Shown here in pieces: positions 22,756 through 31,177 of a DNA stretch of 36,205 nt. Numbering within the stretch: position 1 is the stretch's first letter; every line of letters begins with the position of its first letter. The notes under the pieces are model-generated. The model saw nothing but the letters and a program-made list of their open reading frames with translations. It searched no databases and had not been told where the DNA came from. A program made the translations under genes and the position numbers. Source of the DNA: a virus; IMG/VR virus record IMGVR_UViG_3300021256_000065. One strand, written 5' to 3'.

Positions 22756-24089
22756 TCGTGTTTAAGCCTCCTATTTATGTATTCTTCTTCAATTAAATCA
22801 TCATTTAAGTCATCATCATGATCTTTCATGTGATTTAAGGATTTTTTATAATTAGTAAAATCATCATCATCTAATTCCACATTATCTAATCCTTTAGCTT
22901 TTGCATCTTTTTTATCTTTTTTCATTTCATTTGAAATGCGTTTATCTTGCAAATATTTTTCAATTTCTTGCGCTAATGATTTATCTTCATAAATTAAGTT
23001 TTTATTATATGCTTTTAAATCTAAAATAATTTGATCAACAATATCTTGCGGCTAATTGCAATGATAACGTGGAATTTCTCCGCTATGAGCCTCAACAAAA
23101 TCAACAATAGCAGAAGCAGAATCAATTGTATCAGCATCTTTATCTTTATTCTGCGCCTATGTAAATTTTGCGGACTTCATCATAGAATCATAGACACGCG
23201 ATAATTTCTGGTAAGAATCGATGTCGCCGCAATCAATAGCCTCATTCATTTTGAGGGATGTCTTGCAAATCATTTTTAATGTATCAATACGTGCCGCCCC
23301 TTGAATATCAAATGAATTCATAAATTCATTATATAATTGTTCAAGAGCAACCCACTGACTGGGTTTATAAAGTCGGCCCCATTTAACCGCAAGATACATT
23401 TTATCATCATCATCTAAATTCGCACCAGGATCAACTATTTCGCTTTCCGCCATAAAATTTTGTTCTCTAAATGGATTTTTTGCTTGATTAAGCGCCTAGG
23501 CGTATGACTATGGTTGACCGTAAACCTGGAATATTTGGCCTAAATGTTCTCCTGTAATAGCATCCCCCCACCGCGGTAATTCCTTATTTTGAGTTTCTGT
23601 GCTAACAAGAGTCTGATACTAGGCGGGGGATATTTTTCCTTCGCTCAATTTAACTTTTAACGAGGCCTAATACCGCGCCTTCTCTTCTGCTTCGGCCTTT
23701 TCTTTTTTAGCCTTTTCCGCGTCCATTTCTTCTTGAATTTTTTTGGTATCCGCGTATCCATATTTGCTCCATTGTTTGAGCTTCATTTTAGCAAGATATT
23801 TACCAATAACAGACATTCCATTCATTTTATAAGGATCTTTCGCAAAAGCCTTATCTCTTAATACGTTCCATTCAGTAGGAATATAAGGAACATCCATTTT
23901 TTCAAGAATCCATTCAAAAGTGCTAGGATCAAAATTATCTATATGTGCGGTTAAGCATGGCTTGCAAATTTCACATTTACTACCATCTTTATATGTATAA
24001 AAATTTATTTGTGCAATTTTTTTGCCACACCGCTCGCATTGACATTTACCATTTGCGTCTTCTTGCTGTCCTTTTAATTTTTGCGCCAT
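22752..24089 (-). CDS. terminase small subunit-like protein with an N-terminal zinc ribbon and 6 in-frame TAG codons. It could be two coupled genes in one frame.
   Basis: Frame-continuous through track ORFs 23667..24089, 23157..23453 and 22752..22952. N-terminus 'CQCERCGKK...CEICKPC'. RBS 'AAAGGAGActtt'. The C-terminal TGA overlaps the terL ATG. Confidence 0.35.
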
Positions 24090-24138
24090 AAAAGTCTCCT
24101 TTCTTCATTTTTTATTTTTAAAAAAATTCTTTAATGAA

Positions 24139-25242
24139 TTAAAGACTTTTGTCCTTTTTCTTATTTCTACAACATTTACAAATACTATACCAACCATCCT
24201 TTGAAGTTCTATTTCTTGTAAAAAAATAAGGATGAGCAAGTTTTACCTAATGACAGCGCGAACATTTTTTCCATTTTCCTTTTTCTTCTATTGTATAATG
24301 CCAAATTATCCAATCTTCTTTTGCTTTTTCAGAAATAATTTTTGGGATTTTTTTCCGCCACACTGAAGATAAATATTCAATAGAATAAGTGATATTATAT
24401 TTATTTTTTATCTTTTCCGCAATTTCTTTATTTTGAAGTCCATCTATTTTATAAATCATAATATCATATAAAATAGGATAATCATCTTTCAATGCTCTTT
24501 CTATAAGATTATCTAGATCCTCCATTAAGTACCACCAATCATCGTCAAAATGGCCCCAAACGTCTTCTTTTAATTTAGAATAATTACACAATAGACAACA
24601 AACATGCTATGGATTAAATAGTGATACTAAACAGTTACTTTCTGGGTCAAAATTTTCATTTATTTTTATTTTTTCATTTAAATTTATTTGATTAGCGCTT
24701 TTGGTTATCCGCATCATAGTAATGGGCGGTTTGTAGATACTTTTTAATACATATTGATCTTGTCTAGCTTCAATTAATTGTTTTGTAAGTAAGAATTTTT
24801 GTTTTCCCTTAGCCGCCTTTTGCCGCGCCTCTATTTTTTTAATTTCTTCTCTTAATTCTTTTAATCCTGGTATAGTTATTATATCTTCTTCTGTGATTTG
24901 TATTTTTGGAACTAATAAAATGTTTTTATCGCCGCCAGTCATAAAGTTATAAATGCCATCCTCGCCATTCTATAACTTGGAAACTAGACCTTCATAGGAG
25001 ATTTCTCTTTTGTTGATAGTTACCATCCTATTGTCTGTTAAGACTTTCCGCTCTTTTTTATTATCATAAGTTTCTGTTAAGTATTTTGTAAGCTATTCTA
25101 AATAATAAGGAGTAAGTTTTTCTGAGGGAATATTATTAACAATTTCATGTACTATTTTATTACGCTATTGAGGGTCAATAATAGTATAATCCAAGGTGGG
25201 ATAAGGTCTTTTAGACTACATATTTTCTAACTCTTTTTCCAT
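24139..25242 (-). CDS. first gene of the late operon: putative transcription regulator with a sigma-70 region-4-like HTH and a C-terminal zinc ribbon. Contains 6 in-frame TAG codons.
   Basis: The ATG at 25240-25242 follows 'AAAGGAGtatttc'. The frame runs through track ORFs 24607..24942 and 24247..24591 to the TAA at 24139. 'YKIDGLQNKEIAEKIKNKYNITYSIEYLSSVWRKKIPKI' resembles sigma region 4.2. The C-terminus reads 'CSRCH...CKCC'. Confidence 0.35.
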
Positions 25243-25274
25243 GAAATACTCCTTTCCGCTAATTCATTAATTAC

Positions 25275-25303
25275 ATTATACCAAAAAAATTTTCAAAAGT
25301 CAA
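25275..25303 (-). promoter_or_regulatory. Consensus sigma-A promoter driving the minus-strand morphogenesis operon
   Basis: Minus strand reads TTGACT-17bp-TGgTATAAT, about 30 nt upstream of the RBS and ATG at 25242. Confidence 0.55.
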
Positions 25304-25325
25304 ACGCGGCAATTGGATATTTTTA

Positions 25326-25354
25326 TTGATTTTTATTAAAAAATATTTTATAAT
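25326..25354 (+). promoter_or_regulatory. Divergent early promoter for the + strand operon 25382-27425
   Basis: TTGATT-17bp-TATAAT, followed by 'AAAGAAAGGTAT' and an ATG. Confidence 0.5.
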
Positions 25355-25381
25355 ATAATTATAAATAATAAAGAAAGGTAT

Positions 25382-25576
25382 ATGAATATGAAAGCAATAG
25401 CAAATTATAATATGGGCTTTGATAAGGGGACCTTTGTAAAAGGGAAAGCTTATAATTATAGGAGGGCTGATGAAGAAAATTCACAAAGATTTTTTATAAC
25501 AACAGAAGAGAATGCAGAACAAGAATTATGGGACACAGAATTTGATATATTATTTACTATAGAAGGAGAAGAGTAA
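25382..25576 (+). CDS. hypothetical early protein
   Basis: First ORF after the early promoter. Stops on TAA. Confidence 0.5.
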   Translation: MNMKAIANYNMGFDKGTFVKGKAYNYRRADEENSQRFFITTEENAEQELWDTEFDILFTIEGEE

Positions 25577-25578
25577 TT

Positions 25579-25944
25579 ATGGAAAATAATAATTGTCGTG
25601 TAACTACTGAATTTAAGGTAAATGCGGAGAAGCGAACTGTATTGTGTATTATAACTGCGATTAATGATGTACCAATTCGATTGGCAAAATATGGATTAGC
25701 AGATGAAGATTATGATAATATTGATTTTGATATTCGTATTTATAAGGGGATTGCGCGGTGCGCGCCTGAAGATACTTGGGATGAGTCTTATGGAAGGAAA
25801 TTGGCAGAGTATAGAGCATCTTGTGAACGCCGCACCGATGTTAATAATGAATTGAAAGCTTATATTAATGATATTTCTAGACGGATTGATAATCTTTATG
25901 ATTATGGCCTTATGAAAGATCCCCATATGCTGGAGGAGAAGTGA
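25579..25944 (+). CDS. hypothetical early protein
   Basis: 121-aa ORF closely packed with its neighbours. Confidence 0.5.
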   Translation: MENNNCRVTTEFKVNAEKRTVLCIITAINDVPIRLAKYGLADEDYDNIDFDIRIYKGIARCAPEDTWDESYGRKLAEYRASCERRTDVNNELKAYINDISRRIDNLYDYGLMKDPHMLEEK

Positions 25945-25971
25945 TGGTCGCCGCCATCACCTCTAATCACT

Positions 25972-26175
25972 ATGAAGAAAACATATTGTGATAGATGCGG
26001 AAAAGAAATTTATTATGATCCGCAGCAACAAGCTATTTTACCGACGTATAATATAAGTTATGCAACATATGGTATTTGTTATCAACCAAATCATTTTGAT
26101 TTATGTGGTAATTGTCAAAATGAATTTAATAATTGGATGGAAAAATGGTTAAAGGAAAAAAGAAATGAAAATTGA
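25972..26175 (+). CDS. small zinc-ribbon protein
   Basis: Motifs 'CDRCGKE...CGNC'. Its ATG region overlaps the next gene. Confidence 0.45.
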   Translation: MKKTYCDRCGKEIYYDPQQQAILPTYNISYATYGICYQPNHFDLCGNCQNEFNNWMEKWLKEKRNEN

Positions 26176-26497
26176 TGTAAAATATAATATAGGAGATAGT
26201 ATTCAATATATTGAAAAAATATCTCATTCAGTTTGGGGTCGTTGTCCATGCTGCGAGGGTGAAAAATATATTATTGGTGCAGATGGAGAACAATATGAAT
26301 GTCCTAAGTGTGATGGGAATGGTAAAGTGTACAAGAGAGATTTAAATGTTGAAGATGAAAAAACAGGAACAATAAAAAGTATTCATATTCATTATGATAG
26401 TGATATGGACTCTTATCATGGAAAACCAGATATTTATTACACCATTCCAAAAAATTTTCATCATATTCAACAAGACGATATTATTGGAAAAATATAA
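26165..26497 (+). CDS. small zinc-ribbon protein
   Basis: Motifs 'CPCCEGEKY...CPKCDGNGK'. Confidence 0.45.
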   Translation: MKIDVKYNIGDSIQYIEKISHSVWGRCPCCEGEKYIIGADGEQYECPKCDGNGKVYKRDLNVEDEKTGTIKSIHIHYDSDMDSYHGKPDIYYTIPKNFHHIQQDDIIGKI

Positions 26498-26811
26498 TGG
26501 CTGAATTTATTTTTACAAAAGAAAAAGTTGTTATGCCAGGAGAGAAGATAGGAATGATATTACAGAAACATACAATAGATGAAGTCCCACCCGCAGATAA
26601 AGAGCTATTAATGGTTATTGATATTGGGGCGGCAAATGAATATAATCTTTGGACGGTGGGAACTTGGGATGATGAACGTGGTTGGTGTTGTTCTTTTGAT
26701 GAAGTTGGATATACTGTTGTTGAATGGTATGAATTGCCGCCGCAAAAGAGAATAGTAGAAGATTATTCTTATCATCAGATGAGAATGGAAGAATTTTGGA
26801 ATGATAAATGA
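26497..26811 (+). CDS. hypothetical early protein
   Basis: The ATG overlaps the previous TAA as TAATG. Confidence 0.45.
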   Translation: MAEFIFTKEKVVMPGEKIGMILQKHTIDEVPPADKELLMVIDIGAANEYNLWTVGTWDDERGWCCSFDEVGYTVVEWYELPPQKRIVEDYSYHQMRMEEFWNDK

Positions 26812-27041
26812 AAAATGAGAAAATGTGGGAAAATATAAGTTTGCAAGAAATAATTAGGATGGCTTTTCCGCGGGGATGGGATAAAATAAGGTATTGGAAG
26901 CGAAAACCGCAGGCTTATACTTTAGAGAAGGCTCTTGAAACTTTGCAAACTATGTTGGCTACACAAGATATTAATTTAATGATAGATTGGGCATATAATG
27001 AATTTATTCCACCTTACGCGGTGCATAGTATAAAAAGATGA
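26808..27041 (+). CDS. hypothetical early protein
   Basis: ATGA overlap with the upstream gene. Confidence 0.45.
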   Translation: MKNEKMWENISLQEIIRMAFPRGWDKIRYWKRKPQAYTLEKALETLQTMLATQDINLMIDWAYNEFIPPYAVHSIKR

Positions 27042-27229
27042 GATTTATAGCAGAAGATAATCCAAATTTATATATTGATGTAGAAAATTACAGTGAATTA
27101 GAAAAAAAAATAAAAGAATTTGGAAATCCTAATTATAATTATGAAGTTATTTTTGAATTTCATGATCCTCGAATTGCGGGAAGAATAAAAGCAAATAAAA
27201 AAGGGGATAAGTATGGAAAGAATAATTAA
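27038..27229 (+). CDS. hypothetical early protein
   Basis: ATGA overlap with the upstream gene. Confidence 0.4.
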   Translation: MRFIAEDNPNLYIDVENYSELEKKIKEFGNPNYNYEVIFEFHDPRIAGRIKANKKGDKYGKNN

Positions 27230-27425
27230 AGGACGTTTTAAAAATAATGGAGAATATAAAGAAGAAGATAAATATACTCCTATTTTAAATAATGGTGCAG
27301 TTGTAGGTTTTATTGAATCAGTAGAAAAAGAAAATATAAATATTATATTGTGGGGAAAATGTATTTCTAAAGAATATTTATACGGTGAATCAGAGAATAT
27401 TCTTTGTTCAATTTCTTTTTGTTAA
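27213..27425 (+). CDS. hypothetical early protein
   Basis: RBS 'AAAGGGGATAAGT'. Stops on TAA. Confidence 0.4.
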   Translation: MERIIKGRFKNNGEYKEEDKYTPILNNGAVVGFIESVEKENINIILWGKCISKEYLYGESENILCSISFC

Positions 27426-27664
27426 GAGGGGAAGTCATTTCCTCGATTTAGAGAGGGAATCGCTTTTTCGATTCAAAAATACTTTTGGAGAGAGAAATGT
27501 GGTGGAGAAGATCAATTGTGAATTTTTTAACATTTTCATCCCAAAAAACACCCCCCGGTATAAACAAGGTATGGTCGCTAGCTTCGTTAAATAATTAACA
27601 GACCTGGCAAAAATACAGGCCCTAAATAAACATGAAAAGATATTAAAATATTTTAGAGTATTCT

Positions 27665-27727
27665 AAAAACACACTTTTAAAAAACATGTGAAAATAAATC
27701 ATTGCATGTTTTTAAGTGTGTTTTTTT
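27665..27727. repeat. Large imperfect palindrome: about 22-bp arms with a 16-nt loop and a T-run. It could be a terminator or a structural element.
   Basis: 'AAAAACACACTTTTAAAAAACATG' is followed 16 nt later by its near-reverse-complement 'CATGTTTTTAAGTGTGTTTTTTT'. Confidence 0.5.
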
Positions 27728-27855
27728 ATTGAAAATGAAAATGTGTTATTTTAAAAAAATGATTATTAATAAAAAGATTTTACTAATTGAGCGTTTCAAT
27801 AAATTAAAAAATGTATTAAAATAATGAATAGATAAAATATTAACAATGTTCATGT

Positions 27856-27930
27856 TTCTAATGTAGCGACTTTGTTAAAAAATTAACAAAGTTTGTAATG
27901 TAGCAACTTTGTTAAAAAATTAACGAAGTT
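27856..27930. repeat. Two 33-bp direct repeats (iteron-like), each containing the 22-bp palindrome CTTTGTTAAAAAATTAACAAAG. A third partial copy lies at 28166-28198.
   Basis: 'AATGTAGCGACTTTGTTAAAAAATTAACAAAGT' and 'AATGTAGCAACTTTGTTAAAAAATTAACGAAGT' start 38 bp apart. A region with AT content above 85% lies just upstream, at 27730-27855. Confidence 0.55.
27870..27891. promoter_or_regulatory. Palindromic operator-like site CTTTGTTAA-AAAA-TTAACAAAG, the strongest copy of this motif family
   Basis: Perfect 9-bp inverted arms around an AAAA centre. Confidence 0.5.
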
Positions 27931-28269
27931 AGAAGCTAACGACTTCTGTTGGCCACAACAAACTTTGACCAATTTTTATTTTTTGGCTTTAATAAAATGA
28001 GTTTACTAATTAGCAAAAGAACAGGATCAGATAGTAAACAGACTGTACTAATTAGACAATGTAGCGAATACTTCAATACACTAAAGTGTTAGAGAACTAA
28101 AGCAACAGCAGACGAAAGGCACACAAAGCGACTAAGTAATAACTGTTTACTATATTAATAAGAACTAATGTAGAAAGATTGTTAAAAAATTAACGAAGTA
28201 ATGATACTTACAGACTTAAAAACACTAAAAAGTAAATTCATTTTACAATATATTTTTTTCAAAAAAGTG

Positions 28270-28298
28270 TTGACTTTTTCCCGGACTTTTGATATAAT
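28270..28298 (+). promoter_or_regulatory. sigma-A consensus promoter (TTGACT-17-TGaTATAAT) for cassette ORF 28347
   Basis: Read directly. It is followed by the conserved leader 'CAAATCATCAAAGAGAGG'. Confidence 0.55.
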
Positions 28299-28346
28299 CA
28301 AATCATCAAAGAGAGGTACACAAAACAAGAAAGAGAGGATAAGGAA

Positions 28347-28610
28347 ATGAAAAAAGAGACTTGCGGAGTTGCTATAGAAAACAATCTGAAAGTAAATGCT
28401 TTCCATTACGTACCAGAAACAAAGGAAGAAGAAATCAAAGAAACCGAACAAACTATCGCATTCCTTAAGAATCAGTTGGCTGACTATGAAAAAGAACTCC
28501 AGGAAACGGTCAAGGCTCAAAGAAGAAGCGAAATCAGCTTCCACATCGACATGATTCAGAGGAGAATAAAATTTGAAGAAAAAAATCTTTTTTTCCAAAA
28601 AAACGCTTGA
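28347..28610 (+). CDS. hypothetical early cassette protein with coiled-coil character
   Basis: 87-aa ORF with RBS 'GAGAGGATAAGGAA'. The TGA stop overlaps the -35 of the next promoter. Confidence 0.5.
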   Translation: MKKETCGVAIENNLKVNAFHYVPETKEEEIKETEQTIAFLKNQLADYEKELQETVKAQRRSEISFHIDMIQRRIKFEEKNLFFQKNA

Positions 28611-28635
28611 CAAAAATCCGGTTCTCTATTATAAT
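28607..28635 (+). promoter_or_regulatory. sigma-A promoter TTGACA-17-TATAAT for the HAD hydrolase cassette
   Basis: Read directly. Confidence 0.5.
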
Positions 28636-28665
28636 AAAGATAACAAAAGAGAGGAGAACAAAGAA

Positions 28666-29106
28666 ATGACAAGAACAATCTTCTTCGATATGGATGGAAC
28701 AATCGCAGACCTTTACAAAGTAGACGGATGGTTGACCGACCTTATCAACAAAGATGTAAGACCTTACAGAGAAGCCAAAGTGATGCACAACATGCAAGTG
28801 CTTGCAAGACTTCTCAACAGACTTCAAAGGGAAGGAAACAAAATAGCAATCATCAGTTGGCTAGCAAAAAACAGCACAGAAGAATATGACGCAAGAGTAG
28901 CACAGACTAAAAAAGAATGGTTGAAAAAACATCTCACAAGCGTTAATTTCGATGAAATCCACATTGTAAAATATGGAACAAAAAAAGAAACATTCATTCA
29001 CACAGAAAACGACATTCTCTTCGACGATGAAGAGCAGAACAGAAACAACTGGACAGGAAAAGCTTACAACGTAAACAATATAATCGAAACACTGAAGAGC
29101 CTTTGA
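28666..29106 (+). CDS. HAD-superfamily hydrolase, 5'(3')-deoxyribonucleotidase-like
   Basis: The N-terminal 'FFDMDGTIAD' matches HAD motif I (DxDGT). RBS 'GAGAGGAGAACAAAG'. The ORF track start at 28573 reads through the promoter and is not used. A terminator follows at 29095-29121. Confidence 0.5.
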   Translation: MTRTIFFDMDGTIADLYKVDGWLTDLINKDVRPYREAKVMHNMQVLARLLNRLQREGNKIAIISWLAKNSTEEYDARVAQTKKEWLKKHLTSVNFDEIHIVKYGTKKETFIHTENDILFDDEEQNRNNWTGKAYNVNNIIETLKSL

Positions 29107-29308
29107 AAAGGCTCTTTTTTAATGCAGAATGTTAGTTATGACTAATTCTCGCGGCGAGCGAGATTGTTAAAAAAATAACAAACGCAGGCGGGCGCTTGAA
29201 GCCGAAAAATTTTATCACAGGTGGGTCGCACTTGTCAAGATGAAAAATTGCACAAAATAACAAATTAAATTTTTTCCCATTTTGTGCAATATTTTTTTCC
29301 AAAATGTG

Positions 29309-29337
29309 TTGACAAAAACCGGGTTATCGCTTATAAT
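29309..29337 (+). promoter_or_regulatory. sigma-A promoter TTGACA-17-TATAAT
   Basis: Read directly. 'CCGGG' occurs in the spacer. Confidence 0.5.
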
Positions 29338-29383
29338 TACATCAGAAACAAACAAGAGAGCTAAACAAAAGGAGGATAAAAAA

Positions 29384-29593
29384 ATGACAGGATACAAAGT
29401 TACAATGGAAATGAATGGAAGAAGAACCGACAGCTTTTCGGGATACATTAAAACAATGGAAGAAGCCAAAGATTATTGCGAATGGCTTGGTAAAGAAAAT
29501 GAACCGAAAATCATCACCTGCAACAAGAAAAGAATTACAAGATGGTTTAACTGGTATGAAACTAAAAAGGCATGGGAAAATCTTGAGGATTAA
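29384..29593 (+). CDS. hypothetical early cassette protein (69 aa)
   Basis: RBS 'AAAAGGAGGATAAAAAA'. Stops on TAA, followed by the hairpin 'GAGGATTAAAAATCCTC'. Confidence 0.5.
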   Translation: MTGYKVTMEMNGRRTDSFSGYIKTMEEAKDYCEWLGKENEPKIITCNKKRITRWFNWYETKKAWENLED

Positions 29594-29623
29594 AAATCCT
29601 CAAGATTTTTTTATTGCATCTGC

Positions 29624-29680
29624 ATTGTTAAAAAATTAACAAACGTCTGTTTGCATCTAGATTGTTAATTTTTTAACAAT
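29624..29680. promoter_or_regulatory. Two adjacent copies of the palindromic motif: ATTGTTAAAAAATTAACAAAC and TTGTTAATTTTTTAACAA
   Basis: Sites at 29624-29644 and 29663-29680, upstream of the promoter at 29768. Confidence 0.45.
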
Positions 29681-29767
29681 TTTCGCTGGACCGCGCACTG
29701 CCACATTGCACAAAGGGTCTTTTGTTTTTGAGATTTTTTTTGTGTATTTTTTTCTTCATGTAATAGG

Positions 29768-29796
29768 TTGACTTTTCCGGTTAAATAGCTTATAAT
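29768..29796 (+). promoter_or_regulatory. sigma-A promoter TTGACT-17-TATAAT with the conserved leader
   Basis: Read directly. Confidence 0.5.
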
Positions 29797-29842
29797 CAAA
29801 TCATCAAAGAGAGATAGACATCAAAAGAAAGGAAAAAACATC

Positions 29843-30028
29843 ATGACATTATTATTCGCAATCTCAACCGCAATCTTCATTATCAGCTCTTTTATCATTT
29901 TCATCTTCTCTTGGAAAATTACTGAAAAAACTCAAGACATCTTAAGAATTGTTGCTCTTGTTAGCGCAATAATGATAATCGTATCACTATTTATTTTTCC
30001 ATTTATTCAAGTATTTTTTTTAAAATAA
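29843..30028 (+). CDS. small membrane protein with two transmembrane helices
   Basis: Sequence 'MTLLFAISTAIFIISSFIIFIFSWKI...IVALVSAIMIIVSLFIFPFIQVFF'. Confidence 0.5.
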   Translation: MTLLFAISTAIFIISSFIIFIFSWKITEKTQDILRIVALVSAIMIIVSLFIFPFIQVFFLK

Positions 30029-30031
30029 TGA

Positions 30032-30060
30032 TTGACAATCTAGTCAATCTCTGTTATAAT
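30032..30060 (+). promoter_or_regulatory. sigma-A promoter TTGACA-17-TGtTATAAT
   Basis: Read directly. Confidence 0.5.
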
Positions 30061-30090
30061 CAAATTATCAAAAGAAAGGAGATATAAACA

Positions 30091-30222
30091 ATGAAAACTA
30101 CAAGAGGTTGGTACATCTTCAAGGACGGCACGCAGGCATGGTTCAATGGTCTCTCCGCAAGAGAGAAGAGGAACGAAGTCATAAAGCACGGCGAGATTGT
30201 CAAATTCATCCCCACACCTTGA
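30091..30222 (+). CDS. small basic protein (43 aa)
   Basis: RBS 'AAAGGAGATAT'. The TGA stop is followed by the terminator 'GAGGCTCtacatGAGCCTCTTTTTT' at 30221-30246. Codon usage is richer in GC than the neighbouring cassettes. Confidence 0.45.
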   Translation: MKTTRGWYIFKDGTQAWFNGLSAREKRNEVIKHGEIVKFIPTP

Positions 30223-30336
30223 GGCTCTACATGAGCCTCTTTTTTATGTGCAGAATATTGATACTTACATTAAACGTATTCAAAAGTTAAAAGTTGGTGA
30301 TTTTGATTGTTAAAAAAATAGCTTTCAAAAAAAGTG

Positions 30337-30365
30337 TTGACATTATTCCGGACATCTGATATAAT
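30337..30365 (+). promoter_or_regulatory. sigma-A promoter TTGACA-17-TGaTATAAT
   Basis: Read directly. Confidence 0.5.
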
Positions 30366-30395
30366 TAAATCATCAAAAGAAAGGAGATATAAAAA

Positions 30396-30647
30396 ATGTT
30401 ATACAGAATTGACAGAGAATTTGATGAATACATTGGTGCAGGAGAATACGAAACAAAAAAATATTATCAGTATGTATGTGGTTTACATAATGTTGGTAAA
30501 GCTTGCCTTGATACAGATGAGAACGATAGAATTGTTCGAATTGTAAAATTGAATTTTTCTATTAAAGGTTTGATTGTATGCTTGAAAAAAACTTGTTCTT
30601 CTCAGTATAATCAAACAAGTACAGAAAAATTTTCAAAAAAGTGTTGA
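30396..30647 (+). CDS. hypothetical early cassette protein
   Basis: RBS 'AAAGGAGATAT'. The stop overlaps the next -35. Confidence 0.45.
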   Translation: MLYRIDREFDEYIGAGEYETKKYYQYVCGLHNVGKACLDTDENDRIVRIVKLNFSIKGLIVCLKKTCSSQYNQTSTEKFSKKC

Positions 30648-30672
30648 CAAACCAGATGAAATATGATAATAT
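30644..30672 (+). promoter_or_regulatory. sigma-A promoter TTGACA-17-TGaTAATAT
   Basis: Read directly. Confidence 0.45.
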
Positions 30673-30701
30673 TAAATCATCAAAAGAAAGGAGAAACAAA
30701 A

Positions 30702-30878
30702 ATGAACGAAAGAGAAAAGCTTTTAGATAGGATGATTAGAATCTACGGTTTTGAACATGAACTGGTCATCGAGTTCGCGGGGATGATTGAAAACCCCAGC
30801 TATAAGACCGAAATCCTTGAAACCTTGGTGAGATGCCACGAGGCGTGCCCACAGATTACAGACAAAGAGGACCTATAG
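30702..30878 (+). CDS. hypothetical early cassette protein (58 aa). It ends on a TAG that lies in the loop of a terminator hairpin.
   Basis: RBS 'AAAGGAGAAAC'. The TAG at 30876-30878 sits within 'GAGGACCTATAGGCCCTCTTTTTC'. Read-through would add 59 residues across two GC-rich hairpins. Confidence 0.45.
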   Translation: MNEREKLLDRMIRIYGFEHELVIEFAGMIENPSYKTEILETLVRCHEACPQITDKEDL

Positions 30879-30925
30879 GCCCTCTTTTTCTATGTGCGGC
30901 GCGCTTTCTGCCGGCGCGCGCCGAA
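30867..30925 (+). terminator. Twin terminator: a hairpin plus T-run, followed by the GC-rich hairpin CGGCGCGC...GCGCGCCG
   Basis: Read directly. The same twin structure recurs at 31895-31953. Confidence 0.55.
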
Positions 30926-31117
30926 AAATCCATTCTATCATACCTGTCACCTTTTGTCAAGGGAAAAATTGCACAAATTTTCATCGAAATTTTATCCCAA
31001 AATTCGTCACTTTTTCAAAAGTGAAAAATCAGTCTTTTCTTGTTAAAATTTTGACAATCGCCTAAAAATGAAAAATCGGTGATTTTGATTGTTAAAAAAA
31101 TAACTTTCAAAAACATG

Positions 31118-31146
31118 TTGACAACCGGGCAGATTGGGTTTATAAT
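31118..31146 (+). promoter_or_regulatory. sigma-A promoter TTGACA-17-TATAAT (paralogous to the promoter at 32223)
   Basis: The -35 is 'TTGACAACCGGG'. The leader 'AAGGTTACAAACAAGGAAGGGAGA' is shared with the cassette at 32223. Confidence 0.5.
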
Positions 31147-31177
31147 AAGGTTACAAACAAGGAAGGGAGATCCACCA

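Noticed and set aside
22752-24089. Splitting the 22752-24089 frame into separate genes at the internal ATG at 23453
   Set aside because: The frame is continuous through TAGs and there is no RBS before 23453, so a single TerS-like gene is simpler. I kept the call at low confidence because two coupled genes cannot be excluded.
8739-25242. Interpreting the many TAG-interrupted minus-strand ORFs as pseudogenes or a degraded prophage
   Set aside because: The interruptions are all TAG and never TAA or TGA. The frames are maintained across 1-10 TAGs in essential conserved genes, and the gene starts have strong RBSs. Systematic recoding explains all of this, and random decay does not.
27385-27594. 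69-aa + strand ORF after the last polycistronic early gene
   Set aside because: It has low-complexity, atypical composition and no RBS, and it overlaps hairpin and T-run structures. It is probably non-coding 3' UTR.
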